NCBI RefSeq assembly: GCF_009914755.1 | Contig: NC_060929.1 | Length of the DNA: 64,000 bases | Direction: 5' to 3' (one strand) | DNA from: the human T2T-CHM13v2.0 reference genome, Homo sapiens | In this document: piece by piece, positions 63,331-64,000 of the stretch | How the letters are laid out: every line of letters begins with the position of its first letter | How positions within the stretch are numbered: position 1 is the first letter of the stretch | Program-made: the position numbers and the translations under genes | Notes under the pieces: generated by a model | The model's database searches: none | Seen by the model: only the letters and a program-made list of their open reading frames with translations | What the model was told of the DNA's origin: nothing

Positions 63331-64000
63331 TGGAGGGGGAGCACATCTGCCAGGAGCATGGGAGGAGGGGCTGTGTAGGCGCCTGTGGAGAATCCATCCT
63401 AACGAGCAGGGCGGTGGAGACAGAGGCTGTGGGGGAAACAGTGACTCAGGTGGGTGCAAGGGGGACCCCTCAGAAGAGCCTGACTTCTCAGACTGAGTTT
63501 CCTGGCCCCCCACCGACCCCTGGCCCTGACACTCGTGCTGACTTGGCTCTTTGCTCTCCGTCACGGCCCCCAGCTTTCGCTCCCACAGCAGATGTGCTCA
63601 CAGCCCCAGTGGGGGGCTGGGGTTCTGGTCCACCCTTGGGACGTGGCCTGCAGAGGGATGTGTCAGTGGCGCCCGTGACCCACCACCTGCTCATTGAGGG
63701 GAGACAGAGGGCGGAGCTGGCTGCATTCACACTTCCTGCAGGTCGTCCTCTGTTTCCAAGCAGAAGTTTTAACTTTCCTGCCACGATTTCATTTCATTTT
63801 AAATTTGCTTTAAAGAAAAGCAGGAAAAGTCTTCCCTGAGGAGGTGACATCCGCACTTGTTTTCTGGGTGGCTCGAGGAGTGGTGTGGGTCCCAGGGGAC
63901 AGATGGAAGCTTGAAGGGCAGAGGGTAGGAAGGGGTGATGTCCTGAGTCCATGTGTGCCCAGGAGCCTCAAAAACTGCAGAGAGAGGAGCTGCCTGTGCC

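Overview
Primate, almost certainly human, non-coding-rich DNA from the Iroquois A cluster (5p15.33). The left end holds the first two coding exons of IRX4 on the minus strand (1308-1264 and 720-469). These sit in a CpG-island promoter with a probable distal non-coding first exon at about 5.5-5.9 kb and a probable spliced antisense RNA at about 2.6-3.3 kb. The remaining 57 kb is upstream gene desert: MaLR/ERV LTRs, old L1s, Alus, MER58 and MER85 DNA elements, homeodomain-motif-rich unique blocks, several unusual tandem repeats and an orphan CpG island at about 48.5-49.9 kb. No other protein-coding gene is supported; the long ORFs in the track are GC-content or repeat artefacts. The best candidates for something undescribed are: (1) a MER85 whose CSB-PGBD3-binding palindrome is inverted and triplicated; (2) a set of short, locally templated insertions and duplications, including one with a snap-back hairpin inside a minisatellite that also occurs 23.5 kb away; (3) a spliced uORF in frame with IRX4 and separated from it by one TAG; (4) an Alu carrying about 120 bp of extra 3' sequence inside its TSD. 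I do not see a new multi-gene system. Repeat subfamily names come from recalled consensus sequences and were not checked against a database.
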